64,000 bases of DNA from an uncultured Pseudomonadales bacterium (GTDB taxonomy: Bacteria > Patescibacteriota > Microgenomatia > UBA1400 > PJMF01). The translations under genes and the position numbers were made by a program. The stretch lies in the NCBI GenBank assembly GCA_964620965.1, contig CAZUHV010000003.1, positions 162,093-226,092 of the forward strand. The letters are read 5' to 3'. Below are positions 48,048 to 58,483 of the stretch, in pieces (position 1 is the stretch's first letter; each line of letters opens with the position of its first letter). The notes under the pieces are model-generated. The model was not told where the DNA came from, did no database searches, and saw only the letters and a program-made list of their open reading frames with translations.

Positions 48048-49220
48048 ATGGAGAGTGCAAGTGTAAATCTATTAGATTTTTCGTATTCGTCAAAAGAAAA
48101 GGACATACTGTTACAGCTCTATTTAGTTAAGGGCGCAGGAAGAAAGACACTCACAGAAGTTTTATTAGTACTTAAAAAACACGAACAAAGTTGTGGAAAT
48201 TATTTGGGTATCTTAAAAAAATATTATAACAAAAATAGTTTGATAAATAAATATTTTAAAGATGAATTAGAACAAAATATATGTTCTTTTAAAAAACAAC
48301 TCAAAAAATCAAAAATAAAAGTGATTGCTTTTTGGGAGAATGAGTATCCTTCGTTGTTGAAACGCACTGAAGATTTTCCACTCCTACTCTTTATAAAAGG
48401 GAATAGTTCAGTTTTGAATTCAGAACTGTTTGCAGTGGTTGGAACAAGAAAAATTACCTCATATGGCAAGATGGTAACTCAAAAATTGGTACGTGAGCTT
48501 GTTGCATACAACTATACTATTGTTTCTGGAGCAATGTATGGGGTTGATCAAGTTGCACATCAAGAAGCAATTCAGAATACAGGGAACACAGTTGCTGTTT
48601 TAGGATATGGTCTTGAGTATATTCCGCAACCCTCGATCCAAAAGTTACTTCAAGAGATTGTTGAGAGTGGAGGCTGTTTGGTTTCTGAGTATCTGCCCAA
48701 CACAGCTCCTTCAAAAGGAACATTTCCCCAGAGAAATCGAATTGTAGCAGGCATGAGTTCAGGAGTTTTGGTAACAGAAGCAGCTTTGCAAAGTGGCACT
48801 CATATTACTGCAAGGTTTGCACTTGATGCAGGGAGAGAGGTTTTTGCGGTTCCCGGAAGTATTTTTAATCCGTATTCAGAAGGGACCCAGTATTTATTAA
48901 ATCAGGGGGCAAAATGTGTAGGTTCTGCAGTGGATATAGTTGCAGAATTTAAAAAAGTCATTACAATACCTAGTTCTCTAGATCCAGGTTTAAAAGCGAT
49001 CGATATGGAAGAGCTTATTGAATCATTGAGCCTTGATTCTGTATCAAAAAAAATTATAAAAGAACTACTGTATTTGCCACAATCAACTAATGCATTGAGT
49101 CAAAGAACAAATCTACCAATTACAGAGTTACTTACCATTTTAGGTATGCTAGAGTTAGAAAATATAATAGAAAATGAGGCTGGGATATGGCACTGTGTGT
49201 TATCATATTCAAGTCACTAA
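48048..49220 (+). CDS. dprA: DNA processing protein DprA (Smf)
   Basis: Rossmann-like core (VVGTRKITSYG, SGAMYGVDQVAHQ, RNRIVAGMSSGVLVTEA). Confidence 0.85.
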   Translation: MESASVNLLDFSYSSKEKDILLQLYLVKGAGRKTLTEVLLVLKKHEQSCGNYLGILKKYYNKNSLINKYFKDELEQNICSFKKQLKKSKIKVIAFWENEYPSLLKRTEDFPLLLFIKGNSSVLNSELFAVVGTRKITSYGKMVTQKLVRELVAYNYTIVSGAMYGVDQVAHQEAIQNTGNTVAVLGYGLEYIPQPSIQKLLQEIVESGGCLVSEYLPNTAPSKGTFPQRNRIVAGMSSGVLVTEAALQSGTHITARFALDAGREVFAVPGSIFNPYSEGTQYLLNQGAKCVGSAVDIVAEFKKVITIPSSLDPGLKAIDMEELIESLSLDSVSKKIIKELLYLPQSTNALSQRTNLPITELLTILGMLELENIIENEAGIWHCVLSYSSH

Positions 49221-49253
49221 AAAGAAAAGTAGTACGAAGTTTAAAGAAAAAAT

Positions 49254-51473
49254 ATGAATTTAGTTATAGTTGAGTCTCCTACAAAAGCAAAGAAACTTAA
49301 GAACTTTTTAGGTAGTGCATATCAAGTTGAAGCCTCTGTTGGACATATAAGAGATCTTCCGCAAAAAGGACTTGGAGTAGACACAGAAAATAATTTTGAA
49401 CCAACGTATGAAATTTCAGAAGATAAAACAAAAGTTGTTACAAAACTAAGAGACGCTGCTGCAAAGGCAGAAAAAGTTTATCTTGCAACTGACCCTGACC
49501 GAGAAGGTGAAGCAATTGCATGGCACATTCAATATTTGTTGGAGAATGCTAAAGGTAAGAAAAAGTCGAAAGCCGATTTTTTAAGGGCAACTTTCCATGA
49601 AATTACTAAAGGAGCTGTTTTAGATGCAATAGATCACCCTTCAACTATAAATATGGATCTTGTTGATGCTCAACAAGCTCGCCGTGTTTTGGATAGGCTT
49701 GTTGGTTATAAAGTTTCTCCAGTTTTATGGAAAAAGATTAGACGTGGTTTATCTGCAGGTAGAGTTCAATCTGTTGCATTGCGTTTAATTGTTGAAAGAG
49801 AAAAAGAGATTGAAGCATTTAAGCCAGAGGAATATTGGGAATTAACAACAGCGCTTGCAACAAAAGAAGATCCACAAGAAGTTTTTTCAAAAGAAGGAAA
49901 GCCAGCTGAAGATTTGGCAGATCATATATTTTTAGGCCAAGTTGCTAAGGTCAATAATAAAAAGTTTGAGCCAAAAACTAAAGAAGATGTTGATCCAGTT
50001 GTTGCAGTAATTCCAGACTCAAAATATGTAGTTAAAACAGTCGAAAAGAAGCAGAGAAATAGAGCAAGCTTACCTCCATTCACAACTTCAACGATGCAAC
50101 AAAAAGCTGCAACAATGTTTGGTTATTCTGGTAAACAAACTATGAGGTTAGCTCAGCAACTCTATGAAGAAGGTTTAATTACGTATCACAGAACAGACTC
50201 TGTTAATTTATCTGATACAGCAATTGCAATGGCAAGAGACTATATTAAGACTCAGATTGGTCCAAACTATTTGCCAGACAAACCAAGAATGTTTGCAAAG
50301 CAGAGCAAAAATGCACAAGAGGCTCATGAAGCAATTCGTGTTACATATATAGATGTAATTGGATCAGACATTCTATCAAAAAGTGCTAAGTTTACTCCAC
50401 AACATGTAAAATTATATGAACTCATTTGGAAGCGATTTGTTGCAAGCCAAATGGAAACCGCAGTTTACGACCAAACAAGTGTTGAGATTCAATTCACTCC
50501 AAATAAATCAGAAAAAGTCAAAAATGGAATCATAAAAGTTACTGGCTCTGTTTTAAAATTTGATGGTTGGATGAAGTTATTCCCAAATAGAGAAGACAGT
50601 CTATTGCCAGAGCTAGAAGAAGATCAAGAGGTTTTCTTTACAGATATGTTTGCAGCACAGAAGTTTACACAACCACCTGCAAGATACAATGATGCTTCTT
50701 TAATTAAAGAGCTAGAAAAAAGAGGAATTGGTCGTCCAAGCACCTATGCCTCAATCATTTCTGTGATTATAGATAGAGGCTATGTAGAAAGAAATCAAAA
50801 AAAGTTTTTTGCGACAGCGGTTGGTATAACTGTTACAGATTTCTTACTTAAATATTTCGACCAAATTATGGATTATGAGTTTACTGCAGAAATGGAAGAA
50901 GATTTAGATAGGATCTCACTTGGAAAAAAAGATTGGCGAAAAGTTGTTGCGAGTTTGTATGATCCACTAGAAAAAAAGATTGAAGTTGTCACGGATAAGG
51001 CAGAACGTGCTCAGATTCCTGTCGAAACCACAGGAGAAAAATGTCCTGAATGTGGTGAGACAGAGCATGGTGAAATTGTTATTAGAACAGGTAGATTTGG
51101 TAAGTTTAAGAGTTGTAGCAGATTTCCAGATTGTAAATTTACAGAAAATATTGTTGAAACAGTTGAAGATGTAGTGTGTCCACTTTGTGGTACAGGTGAA
51201 GTTACAATTAAAAATACAAGATGGGGAAAGCCATTTTTTGGATGTGGCAGGTATCCAGAATGTAACTGGGCAAGTTGGAAACAACCACAAAAAGGTGAGA
51301 AAATTACAAAAAAGGAGTGGGAAGAGCTTCAGGCTAAGAGAGAAGAACGAAAACAAAAATGGCTAGAGAGCAAAAAAAAGACTGCAGAGGTAAAAAAGGG
51401 AGCTAAAGTAACCTCAACTAAAAAGGTCGCAACCAAAGCGACAAAAAAGAAGCCTGCAAAAAAAAGTAAATGA
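49254..51473 (+). CDS. topA: DNA topoisomerase I
   Basis: Toprim N-terminus (LVIVESPTKAKK), catalytic domains and C-terminal Zn ribbons (CPECG...CSRFPDC). Confidence 0.9.
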   Translation: MNLVIVESPTKAKKLKNFLGSAYQVEASVGHIRDLPQKGLGVDTENNFEPTYEISEDKTKVVTKLRDAAAKAEKVYLATDPDREGEAIAWHIQYLLENAKGKKKSKADFLRATFHEITKGAVLDAIDHPSTINMDLVDAQQARRVLDRLVGYKVSPVLWKKIRRGLSAGRVQSVALRLIVEREKEIEAFKPEEYWELTTALATKEDPQEVFSKEGKPAEDLADHIFLGQVAKVNNKKFEPKTKEDVDPVVAVIPDSKYVVKTVEKKQRNRASLPPFTTSTMQQKAATMFGYSGKQTMRLAQQLYEEGLITYHRTDSVNLSDTAIAMARDYIKTQIGPNYLPDKPRMFAKQSKNAQEAHEAIRVTYIDVIGSDILSKSAKFTPQHVKLYELIWKRFVASQMETAVYDQTSVEIQFTPNKSEKVKNGIIKVTGSVLKFDGWMKLFPNREDSLLPELEEDQEVFFTDMFAAQKFTQPPARYNDASLIKELEKRGIGRPSTYASIISVIIDRGYVERNQKKFFATAVGITVTDFLLKYFDQIMDYEFTAEMEEDLDRISLGKKDWRKVVASLYDPLEKKIEVVTDKAERAQIPVETTGEKCPECGETEHGEIVIRTGRFGKFKSCSRFPDCKFTENIVETVEDVVCPLCGTGEVTIKNTRWGKPFFGCGRYPECNWASWKQPQKGEKITKKEWEELQAKREERKQKWLESKKKTAEVKKGAKVTSTKKVATKATKKKPAKKSK

Positions 51474-52078
51474 ACATAGCATTATTTGGGGGAGCGTTTG
51501 ATCCTCCTCACATTGGTCATAAAATTGTTGCTGATTCACTAATAGAAAATAAGATTGTTGATGAAGTCTGGTTTGTGCCAGTGTTTCAGCATCCTTGGGC
51601 AGATCGATATGGGAAAAGACAACTTGCAGAATATGAGCTTCGAGTAGAAATGCTTGAATTAACAATACAATCACTTCACGCTCAAAGCGCTCAAGACGAG
51701 AAAAATAAAGATAAGCAGAAGGTTGCTCATTACAAGGATGTGAGTTTTACTTTTAACACATTGGAATATTTTTCAAAACTGCATCCAGAGCATATTTTTT
51801 CTTGGGTTATGGGTTCAGAATATTTAGATAGCTTTGATGACTTTCTAAAAGGACATCCTCAACTAATAGATTACCCATTTTTTGTATATCCTCGAGCAGG
51901 GCACTCTTTTAATGAAGCATTAAAGAAAAAGAATATGACTTTCTTACATGACATGACAGAAGTTTCTGCGTCTTCAACAGAGACAAAAGAATTGGTTAAA
52001 ACTCATAAAGATTTTTCTGCTTTAGTGGTTCCAGAAGTGCACAGTTTTATTTTGAAAAAAAACTTATATCAAGATTAG
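51470..52078 (+). CDS. nadD: Nicotinate-nucleotide adenylyltransferase
   Basis: GGAFDPPHIGH (HxGH). 4-nt overlap with the topA stop. Confidence 0.85.
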   Translation: MNIALFGGAFDPPHIGHKIVADSLIENKIVDEVWFVPVFQHPWADRYGKRQLAEYELRVEMLELTIQSLHAQSAQDEKNKDKQKVAHYKDVSFTFNTLEYFSKLHPEHIFSWVMGSEYLDSFDDFLKGHPQLIDYPFFVYPRAGHSFNEALKKKNMTFLHDMTEVSASSTETKELVKTHKDFSALVVPEVHSFILKKNLYQD

Positions 52079-52136
52079 TTTCTCTATTTTTTTGAACTGA
52101 TGATTTCAGAAATTTCTGTGATATGATTCGCTTAAT

Positions 52137-53288
52137 ATGAAAACAACAGCTCAACCAGAAAATCTTGTAACAAGTATTGATCAATCTCCTGTAAGAAAAG
52201 AGGAAACAAGAAATCTTTCCTTATATAGGAGGGAAACGAATGCGATTGGTACAGACGGAATATATCCTGTGGTTGAAGCAACTTTTGAGGCTCTAGATGA
52301 ATCAGAAAAGGCAGAGGTTTTTCGATTAGCTAAGGATTTGGGATTCGAAAAAGAGCAGTTGACTCTTGCTCTTGAAACCTCTTTAAGACAGACAGTTATT
52401 GTCCTTATTTTTAATAAAGAAAAAACCAAAGCTATTGGTATAGGCATGGTTTTTTTAATGAAAGAATTTGGAGCGGCAAATAAGAATCTTGGGGTTTCAA
52501 GATTAGGTACAGTTGGTTTGGGGTATGCTTTTATAGAAGAAGAGTTTAGAGGTAAACATCTTGGAAAAGAGTTGTTACGGTTACGTTGTGAAAAAATTGC
52601 AAGCGGTTATTTTCAAGATTGGGTGAAACAGAGTTCTACAGAAAAATTAAAACTTAGAGGGCAAAAATTGGATGGTAAACCAGTTACAAAAAGAACTCTT
52701 ATCTCTGCTACTGCAAGAGAAAATATTATTTTATATTGTGATTTAAGAGACAAAGAAGCGCATTTTGGAAGAGTTGCAGAAGCTGCAGAGGCAGTTGGAA
52801 TGGAAGTGACAACTGTTTCAAAAGAGAATATGCAACCATACGTTTCAATGACTATTTTGCAAGAAAAAGAGTTCCTTTTGATGTATGCATTTGATGGAGC
52901 TCCAGTTGATGAAGTTGGAGGAAGAAGTATGCTAAGTCGTAGGAATACGATACAACCAATATACTTTTATGGTCCAAAAAAAATGAGAGAACAAGTTGCA
53001 GATAAAATTGCTCAAAGATTAGTAGCAGTTGGAGCCCAATACAACGAAACGTTTCGTGCGTATAGCAATTTTTCAGCAGATCTTCTTTGGCAGATTGTTA
53101 CAGAACTTGTTGCAAGTAGTGAATACGACAAGACTCTTGATCAACCAAATACTGCCACAACAAAAACCAAAGCAGCAGAAGCTTATGCAAATGGTAAAAA
53201 ACTACATATGCTCACAATACAGGCTTATGATACGCATAGACTCAGTATGGGTTTTTCCTCAAAAAGAAAAAGAGGCAAGAGACAATAA
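52137..53288 (+). CDS. Hypothetical protein with a possible GNAT-like fold
   Basis: IEEEFRGKHLGKELL resembles GNAT motif A; the rest is unknown. Confidence 0.35.
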   Translation: MKTTAQPENLVTSIDQSPVRKEETRNLSLYRRETNAIGTDGIYPVVEATFEALDESEKAEVFRLAKDLGFEKEQLTLALETSLRQTVIVLIFNKEKTKAIGIGMVFLMKEFGAANKNLGVSRLGTVGLGYAFIEEEFRGKHLGKELLRLRCEKIASGYFQDWVKQSSTEKLKLRGQKLDGKPVTKRTLISATARENIILYCDLRDKEAHFGRVAEAAEAVGMEVTTVSKENMQPYVSMTILQEKEFLLMYAFDGAPVDEVGGRSMLSRRNTIQPIYFYGPKKMREQVADKIAQRLVAVGAQYNETFRAYSNFSADLLWQIVTELVASSEYDKTLDQPNTATTKTKAAEAYANGKKLHMLTIQAYDTHRLSMGFSSKRKRGKRQ

Positions 53289-53304
53289 TCTATTTTAGAG
53301 AACT

Positions 53305-53742
53305 TTATTTATTAAATATCTCTAAAAACTGTTTCAAAATCTCAGGATGATCAAAGGCAATCTCTCCAGATTCAATTAAATCTAAAATAGAGTTAAAAGG
53401 AACTACTTCGATGCTCTCAAACTCTCCGTGATTTGGCATAGAATTTACATCATATGCTTCATCTAATAATAAAATAAATGCAGTTGTTATCCATCCATTA
53501 TTTTCTGATTTACATAAGAAAATAAATTTCTCTAGCGAAGCAGTAATCCCTAATTCTTGTAATATTTCTCGTTGAGCAGCGTGTTGTTCTGATTCGTCGG
53601 TTGGTTCTTGTTTTCCTCCAAGCACCTGTAGTTTATTAGCTGCTTGTTTACTCCAGTCAGGTCGTCTGTTCAAGATAATAGATTTGTCTGGGTTAACGAC
53701 AACAACTCTTGCAACTTTCTTTTCATTGTTATGAGTATTCAT
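53305..53742 (-). CDS. NUDIX hydrolase
   Basis: Nudix box GGKQEPTDESEQHAAQREILQELGI. Confidence 0.8.
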   Translation of the reverse strand: MNTHNNEKKVARVVVVNPDKSIILNRRPDWSKQAANKLQVLGGKQEPTDESEQHAAQREILQELGITASLEKFIFLCKSENNGWITTAFILLLDEAYDVNSMPNHGEFESIEVVPFNSILDLIESGEIAFDHPEILKQFLEIFNK

Positions 53743-53829
53743 GAGCGATATTCTACCAGTAGTTTTGTGCTAATTCCTAGCTGAATTCTAGAGTGTTTTA
53801 TGTTAGTTTATTTGGGAGGAGACTTTAAA

Positions 53830-54744
53830 ATGCCAAAACAAAACACAAAAAACATTGTTACCTACAATAAAAAGCGGACTCCCGATGAACAATACAAAAA
53901 CCTACTCAAATTTATCCTAGAAAATGGGGAAAGGGTAGTGGCTCAACAAGAAGTTGATGCACTTACCTACATGGCGCCCCCATCTTTAAGATTTAAGCTT
54001 AAAAATGGATTTCCAATTATTACAGAACGAAAAATCAGTAAAAAAATTTGGGGTCAAGCTATTGGTGAGATCATTGGATTTATCAATGGAGCAAGGACTC
54101 AAGACGAACTTAGTGAATATGGATGTAAGTGGTGGAAGTATTGGGTAACAGAAGCTAAATGCCATAAGAGAGGTTTGGAAACTGGTGATATGGGTCCCGG
54201 AAGCTATGGGGCTGCGTTTCATGATTTTCCAACTGCAGAAGGGCCAACATATAATCAGTTTAAAAACATCATTGAGCAGATTAAAGAACAACCTCAATTA
54301 AGAACTCATTTTATTTCTCCTTGGGTTCCACAGTACACCATTCGTGGAGCAGGCAAACAACAAAAGGTTGTGGTTTGTCCTTGTCACGGATGGATTCATA
54401 TTAGAATTATCAATAATAAATTAACACTACACATGTTCCAAAGAAGTAGTGATACTCCAATTGGATTACCTGCGAATTTGGCGCAATATGCCGCTTTAAC
54501 AATGATGATTGCTCAAGTAACTGGATATGAAGCTTACGAATATATCCACAGTTTTTCTGATGCACATATTTATGTTGATCAGATAGACCATGTAAAAGAG
54601 CTTCTTGAAAGAGAAACAAAACCATTCCCAGTTATGAAGCTGAATCCAAAAGTAAATGATTTGTTTGAATTCAGACTTGATGATTTTGAATTAGAAGAAT
54701 ATGAATCTGGCGATGGTATGTGGGATATTCCAGTTGCAATTTAA
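53830..54744 (+). CDS. thyA: Thymidylate synthase (ThyA type)
   Basis: Catalytic Cys in CPCHGWIH; FQRSSDTPIGLPANLAQY with Asn indicating dUMP specificity; C-terminal DDFELEEY. GGGAGGAG RBS before MPKQN. Confidence 0.85.
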   Translation: MPKQNTKNIVTYNKKRTPDEQYKNLLKFILENGERVVAQQEVDALTYMAPPSLRFKLKNGFPIITERKISKKIWGQAIGEIIGFINGARTQDELSEYGCKWWKYWVTEAKCHKRGLETGDMGPGSYGAAFHDFPTAEGPTYNQFKNIIEQIKEQPQLRTHFISPWVPQYTIRGAGKQQKVVVCPCHGWIHIRIINNKLTLHMFQRSSDTPIGLPANLAQYAALTMMIAQVTGYEAYEYIHSFSDAHIYVDQIDHVKELLERETKPFPVMKLNPKVNDLFEFRLDDFELEEYESGDGMWDIPVAI

Positions 54745-54790
54745 ATTCAGATTCTTTGTGCGCGTGATGGATCACAATATAAAATGATGA

Positions 54791-55261
54791 GTGAAAATAC
54801 TAAGGAAAAAAATGCAGAAAAAACAATTCGTTGATTTAGATAATGCCAGAGAAGATGAGCAAAAAAAAGTGATGAATGAAATTATTGAAGCAGATCACTG
54901 CCCGTTTTGTTTAGAAAATCTTAAAAAGTATCATAAACAACCAATTATCAAAGAAGGGCAGTATTGGCTTGTAACGAATAATCAGTGGCCATACAAACAC
55001 ACTCAGTTGCATTTTTTAGTGATTTATAAAGATCATGCAATCAACTTATCAGAGCTTGATCCAAAATCTGGAACAGAACTACTTGAATTACTTCAATGGG
55101 TAGAAACAGAATATCAGGTTCCTGGTGGTGGTTGGGCAATGCGTTTTGGTGATACAAACTATTCTGCGGGTACAGTCAATCATATCCATGTACAGTTTAT
55201 TCAGCCAGATATTGCTACAGAAAACTTTGAGCCAGTGAGGATTAAGATTGGCAAAGGGTAG
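54791..55261 (+). CDS. HIT-family nucleotide hydrolase/transferase
   Basis: VNHIHVQFI histidine triad and an N-terminal CPFC. Confidence 0.7.
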   Translation: MKILRKKMQKKQFVDLDNAREDEQKKVMNEIIEADHCPFCLENLKKYHKQPIIKEGQYWLVTNNQWPYKHTQLHFLVIYKDHAINLSELDPKSGTELLELLQWVETEYQVPGGGWAMRFGDTNYSAGTVNHIHVQFIQPDIATENFEPVRIKIGKG

Positions 55262-55329
55262 GTTTTTGCTATAATCAGTTCAATTTATGTAATACAGAGC
55301 TCATTTTTTGAGACAGAGGAGGGTTTGTA

Positions 55330-55722
55330 ATGAAAACACATACAGGTGGACATGAAGATGAAGCAAGTAGAGGGATGGAAGAGGTTTTGGCAAAAAAACA
55401 GGCAGAGCATGGGGATGAGGTAAGTGAGGTTGAAGAACACGCTGGAGCTCAATTACTCTCAGAGTTTGTTCGTAGCATGAATATTCAATTAAGACCCGAA
55501 GAGATGCAAGTTTATCTCAAACTCTTGCTTGCGAATACAGAATTTCAAGGAAGTGCTGTAGTATATCGGGGAGTTACAAAACCAAATACGTTTCAAACAT
55601 TTCCTGCATACAGTTTTAAAATGCAAGAAATTTATGGAGAGTATCCAGAAAATGCATATAATATTTGGTTTCAAAGAAGTGAAGGTAAATGGATTTTAAA
55701 CTACAGCAAGGTTCCTCAATAA
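55330..55722 (+). CDS. Hypothetical protein (130 aa)
   Basis: ORF only. Confidence 0.4.
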   Translation: MKTHTGGHEDEASRGMEEVLAKKQAEHGDEVSEVEEHAGAQLLSEFVRSMNIQLRPEEMQVYLKLLLANTEFQGSAVVYRGVTKPNTFQTFPAYSFKMQEIYGEYPENAYNIWFQRSEGKWILNYSKVPQ

Positions 55723-55758
55723 GGGAACTATAGGGGTTAGTTAAACAAGAGTAAAAAA

Positions 55759-56622
55759 TTATTTTAATTTAATAATTTCAACTTCTGTATCGGTTAGGAT
55801 TCTTTCTCCGTCAAGCATAGAGTAGCCATCAAGGAAATAGAGCTTTTTGATCCCGCTTGCTGCAACTTGTTTTGCACAAACAGGACAAGGAAATGTAGAA
55901 ACAAGAAGACTTGTATCTTTGAGTGAAATCCCTTCTTTAGCACAGTAAGCGATAATTCCAGCTTCTGCATGGATAGCAGTACTTAAATCTATATGTTCAC
56001 CTTTGTGAAATGAATTTCTTGGATCAGAATCAATATATGGGGTGTAAGGGCTTGGCAGATGTGTATTATGCGCAATTGCAAGTATTTTTTGTTTTTTTGG
56101 ATTTTCAGCATCTTCTGTGAAGGCAATGGCACCGACTTGTCGCCACCAATCAGAGCTAAGTTCTGCAGTTTGGGCAACTAGTTGCATGAGTGGCTCAAGT
56201 TGCTTGCTTGCTGAATTTTTAGTTTCAATATTTATTTTATTTTTTTCCGCTGCATTTTTTCGATTCCAGCGCAAGAAAGTAGTATCAAAGGTAACATCAC
56301 AATTGGCTAAGTATTTTTTAGAAAGCCAAACAAAAATATCTTCATTTGGGAGAATAATTTTTTGATTTTTGTTGGCAAATAAGAGTAGGTCATTGCCTCC
56401 AATAAGTGTAATGTTTCGTTTAGGGAGCAATGCTTTTAAACTAATTTCTGCTTGTTGCGGGGTGATACTTCTTATTTCTTTTCGTAAGTAGTCAAACTCT
56501 TGATCAATGAGTTCAATGAGGTTTTGGTTTGCAATCAAAATATCTGCATCTGGATATTTTTCAAAAAAATGTAAATATCCTGCATGGATAACCGGAAGAT
56601 AGACAATAATTTTTGGTTTCAT
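55759..56622 (-). CDS. dCMP/cytidine deaminase-domain protein with an extra N-terminal domain of about 130 aa
   Basis: HAEAGIIAYCAKEG ... PCPVCAKQV zinc-binding deaminase motifs (H/C-A-E, PCxxC). Confidence 0.7.
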   Translation of the reverse strand: MKPKIIVYLPVIHAGYLHFFEKYPDADILIANQNLIELIDQEFDYLRKEIRSITPQQAEISLKALLPKRNITLIGGNDLLLFANKNQKIILPNEDIFVWLSKKYLANCDVTFDTTFLRWNRKNAAEKNKINIETKNSASKQLEPLMQLVAQTAELSSDWWRQVGAIAFTEDAENPKKQKILAIAHNTHLPSPYTPYIDSDPRNSFHKGEHIDLSTAIHAEAGIIAYCAKEGISLKDTSLLVSTFPCPVCAKQVAASGIKKLYFLDGYSMLDGERILTDTEVEIIKLK

Positions 56623-56637
56623 AACTTGTTTATTTTT

Positions 56638-57204
56638 TTATTCATTTTCTTCCTTGAGTTCTTCAAGGATATCTTCGATTGTTTTTATAAGTCTGTTTGA
56701 AATAGTTTTTGTCACTCTTTTTTCGGCACCAATTTGTACTAAGCGAATCTTTGCACTTGTAGAAGTCGTTGCTTTTCTACGAAGAACTACAACTTTGCCA
56801 CAGAACTCTAAAAGTTGTTGTTTTTGTTCTGGGGTATATGTATCGGCGGTTGCGATTAGAACGTCAGGTTTAATTATTTTGATCAGTTCCCATTTTGATT
56901 CAGAGAGTTTTTTAAGGATGACGTGATCAACTTGAGAAATATAGGTGAGCATTTCAAGGCGTTCATCTTGAGGAACAACTGGGCGATCTGGGCCTTTTCG
57001 TTCTTTGATTTTGTTATCACTATCAACTCCAACTAAGAGAACATCTCCGTGACTTTTAGCGTCACATAAATAGCGGCAATGCCCAATGTGTAGCATATCA
57101 AACGAACCAGAAGTTAAAACAATTTTTTTCTTTTTTCTTCTGTAAGATGCAACAAGCTTGGGAAGATCTTTATAGTTTGTAATAATTTTATTTTTCATTT
57201 TCAC
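56638..57204 (-). CDS. Cytidylyltransferase-like nucleotidyltransferase (RfaE domain II / HldE C-terminal-like)
   Basis: VLTSGSFDMLHIGH and LVGVDSDNKIKERKGPDRPVVPQDER parallel the RfaE-II blocks VFTNGCFDILHAGH / [22 protein letters not shown]. Confidence 0.65.
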   Translation of the reverse strand: MKMKNKIITNYKDLPKLVASYRRKKKKIVLTSGSFDMLHIGHCRYLCDAKSHGDVLLVGVDSDNKIKERKGPDRPVVPQDERLEMLTYISQVDHVILKKLSESKWELIKIIKPDVLIATADTYTPEQKQQLLEFCGKVVVLRRKATTSTSAKIRLVQIGAEKRVTKTISNRLIKTIEDILEELKEENE

Positions 57205-57242
57205 TGCATAGTACTATATTTACTATTGTTCTGACTACTATC

Positions 57243-57770
57243 GTGATACCATACTTAGGTATGAAAGTAAATTTACTTGCAGCAGTCACAGCAGATGGAT
57301 ATATTGGGAGATCAGATTCAGATCTTTCAACCAAATGGACCTCAAGAGAGGATACAAAATTTTTTGTAAAGTTTTCGAAAGAGGTTCGACACTTAATTCT
57401 TGGTTCAAAGACATTTGCAACTTTTGATAGAGAGCTAAAGGAGAGAACTTTCTATGTCTATTCAAGATCAAGTGAGGTTCCAAATCCATTTAATAATGAA
57501 ATGGAAGTAGTTTCGCAAGATCCTCAGAGTTTATTGGCTCGTTTAGAAGCAAACGGTATTACAGAAGTAATGGTGGCTGGAGGAAGTAATATTTATACAC
57601 TGTTTTTAAATGCAGGCGTGGTTACAGATATCTACCTAGTTTTTGAACCTGTTTTATTTGGTAAGGGCATTAGTTTATTTTCTGATGCTGTTTCTGCACA
57701 ACTAGAATTGGTTGAGGTCATAGATTTATCAGAGCAAACCAAAGTTTTTCATTATCAGGTACTAAAGTGA
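57243..57770 (+). CDS. Dihydrofolate reductase-like protein (RibD C-terminal / DHFR-fold family)
   Basis: LLAAVTADGYIGRSD ... ILGSKTF ... VAGGSNIY pattern of DHFR-fold reductases. Confidence 0.55.
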   Translation: MIPYLGMKVNLLAAVTADGYIGRSDSDLSTKWTSREDTKFFVKFSKEVRHLILGSKTFATFDRELKERTFYVYSRSSEVPNPFNNEMEVVSQDPQSLLARLEANGITEVMVAGGSNIYTLFLNAGVVTDIYLVFEPVLFGKGISLFSDAVSAQLELVEVIDLSEQTKVFHYQVLK

Positions 57771-57842
57771 GATATTTTTTCTTTTTAAAATTTTTTAGTT
57801 ATTTTGGTTATTAAAGAGAAAAGGGTTTACAGAGAGAAGAAG

Positions 57843-58286
57843 ATGAGTAAAGCAATTCAGGTAATTTTTAAACAATTTGATACAAGTTTGCCTAAACCAG
57901 AATACAAAACTGCAGGGGCAGCAGCGCTAGATTTATATGCAAGAGTTGAAACAGTCATCCCTGCAAGAGGGATTGAGTATGTGCCACTTAATATTGCATT
58001 GCAACTTCCAGAAAACCACTGGGCATTGTTGTCTGCCAGAAGTAGTTTGCACAAGCGCGGCCTAATGCTTGCGAACGGAATTGGAGTTGGAGATTACGAT
58101 TATCGTGGTCCAAATGATGAGTACTTGGCCGCGCTCTACAACTTTACAGAAACAGATGTGGTTGTGGAGAAAGCGGAAAGAATTGTTCAGATGATTGTTA
58201 TGCATCGTGAACCAGTTACGCTCAAACTTGTTGCAGATTTTGATACACAAGATAGAGGTGGGTTTGGATCTACTGGTCGAAAGTAG
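57843..58286 (+). CDS. dut: dUTP diphosphatase
   Basis: AGAAALDL motif, GVGDYDYRG, C-terminal RGGFGSTG. Confidence 0.8.
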   Translation: MSKAIQVIFKQFDTSLPKPEYKTAGAAALDLYARVETVIPARGIEYVPLNIALQLPENHWALLSARSSLHKRGLMLANGIGVGDYDYRGPNDEYLAALYNFTETDVVVEKAERIVQMIVMHREPVTLKLVADFDTQDRGGFGSTGRK

Positions 58287-58483
58287 TTGTAAAAACTGAG
58301 CAATGTATAGCAAAATTTTTCCGTACTAATTGTGTTCGATTTGTAAAATAGTGCCCTCAAATGGGCGCGGAAATCTTTGATTTCCATATTTCATAAAGCA
58401 CATGATATAGATATATCTAGTTGATAAACCACAACATGTTGTGGTTTAGTTGATTTTGTTGTTCAAATGTAGTGCATTGAAAA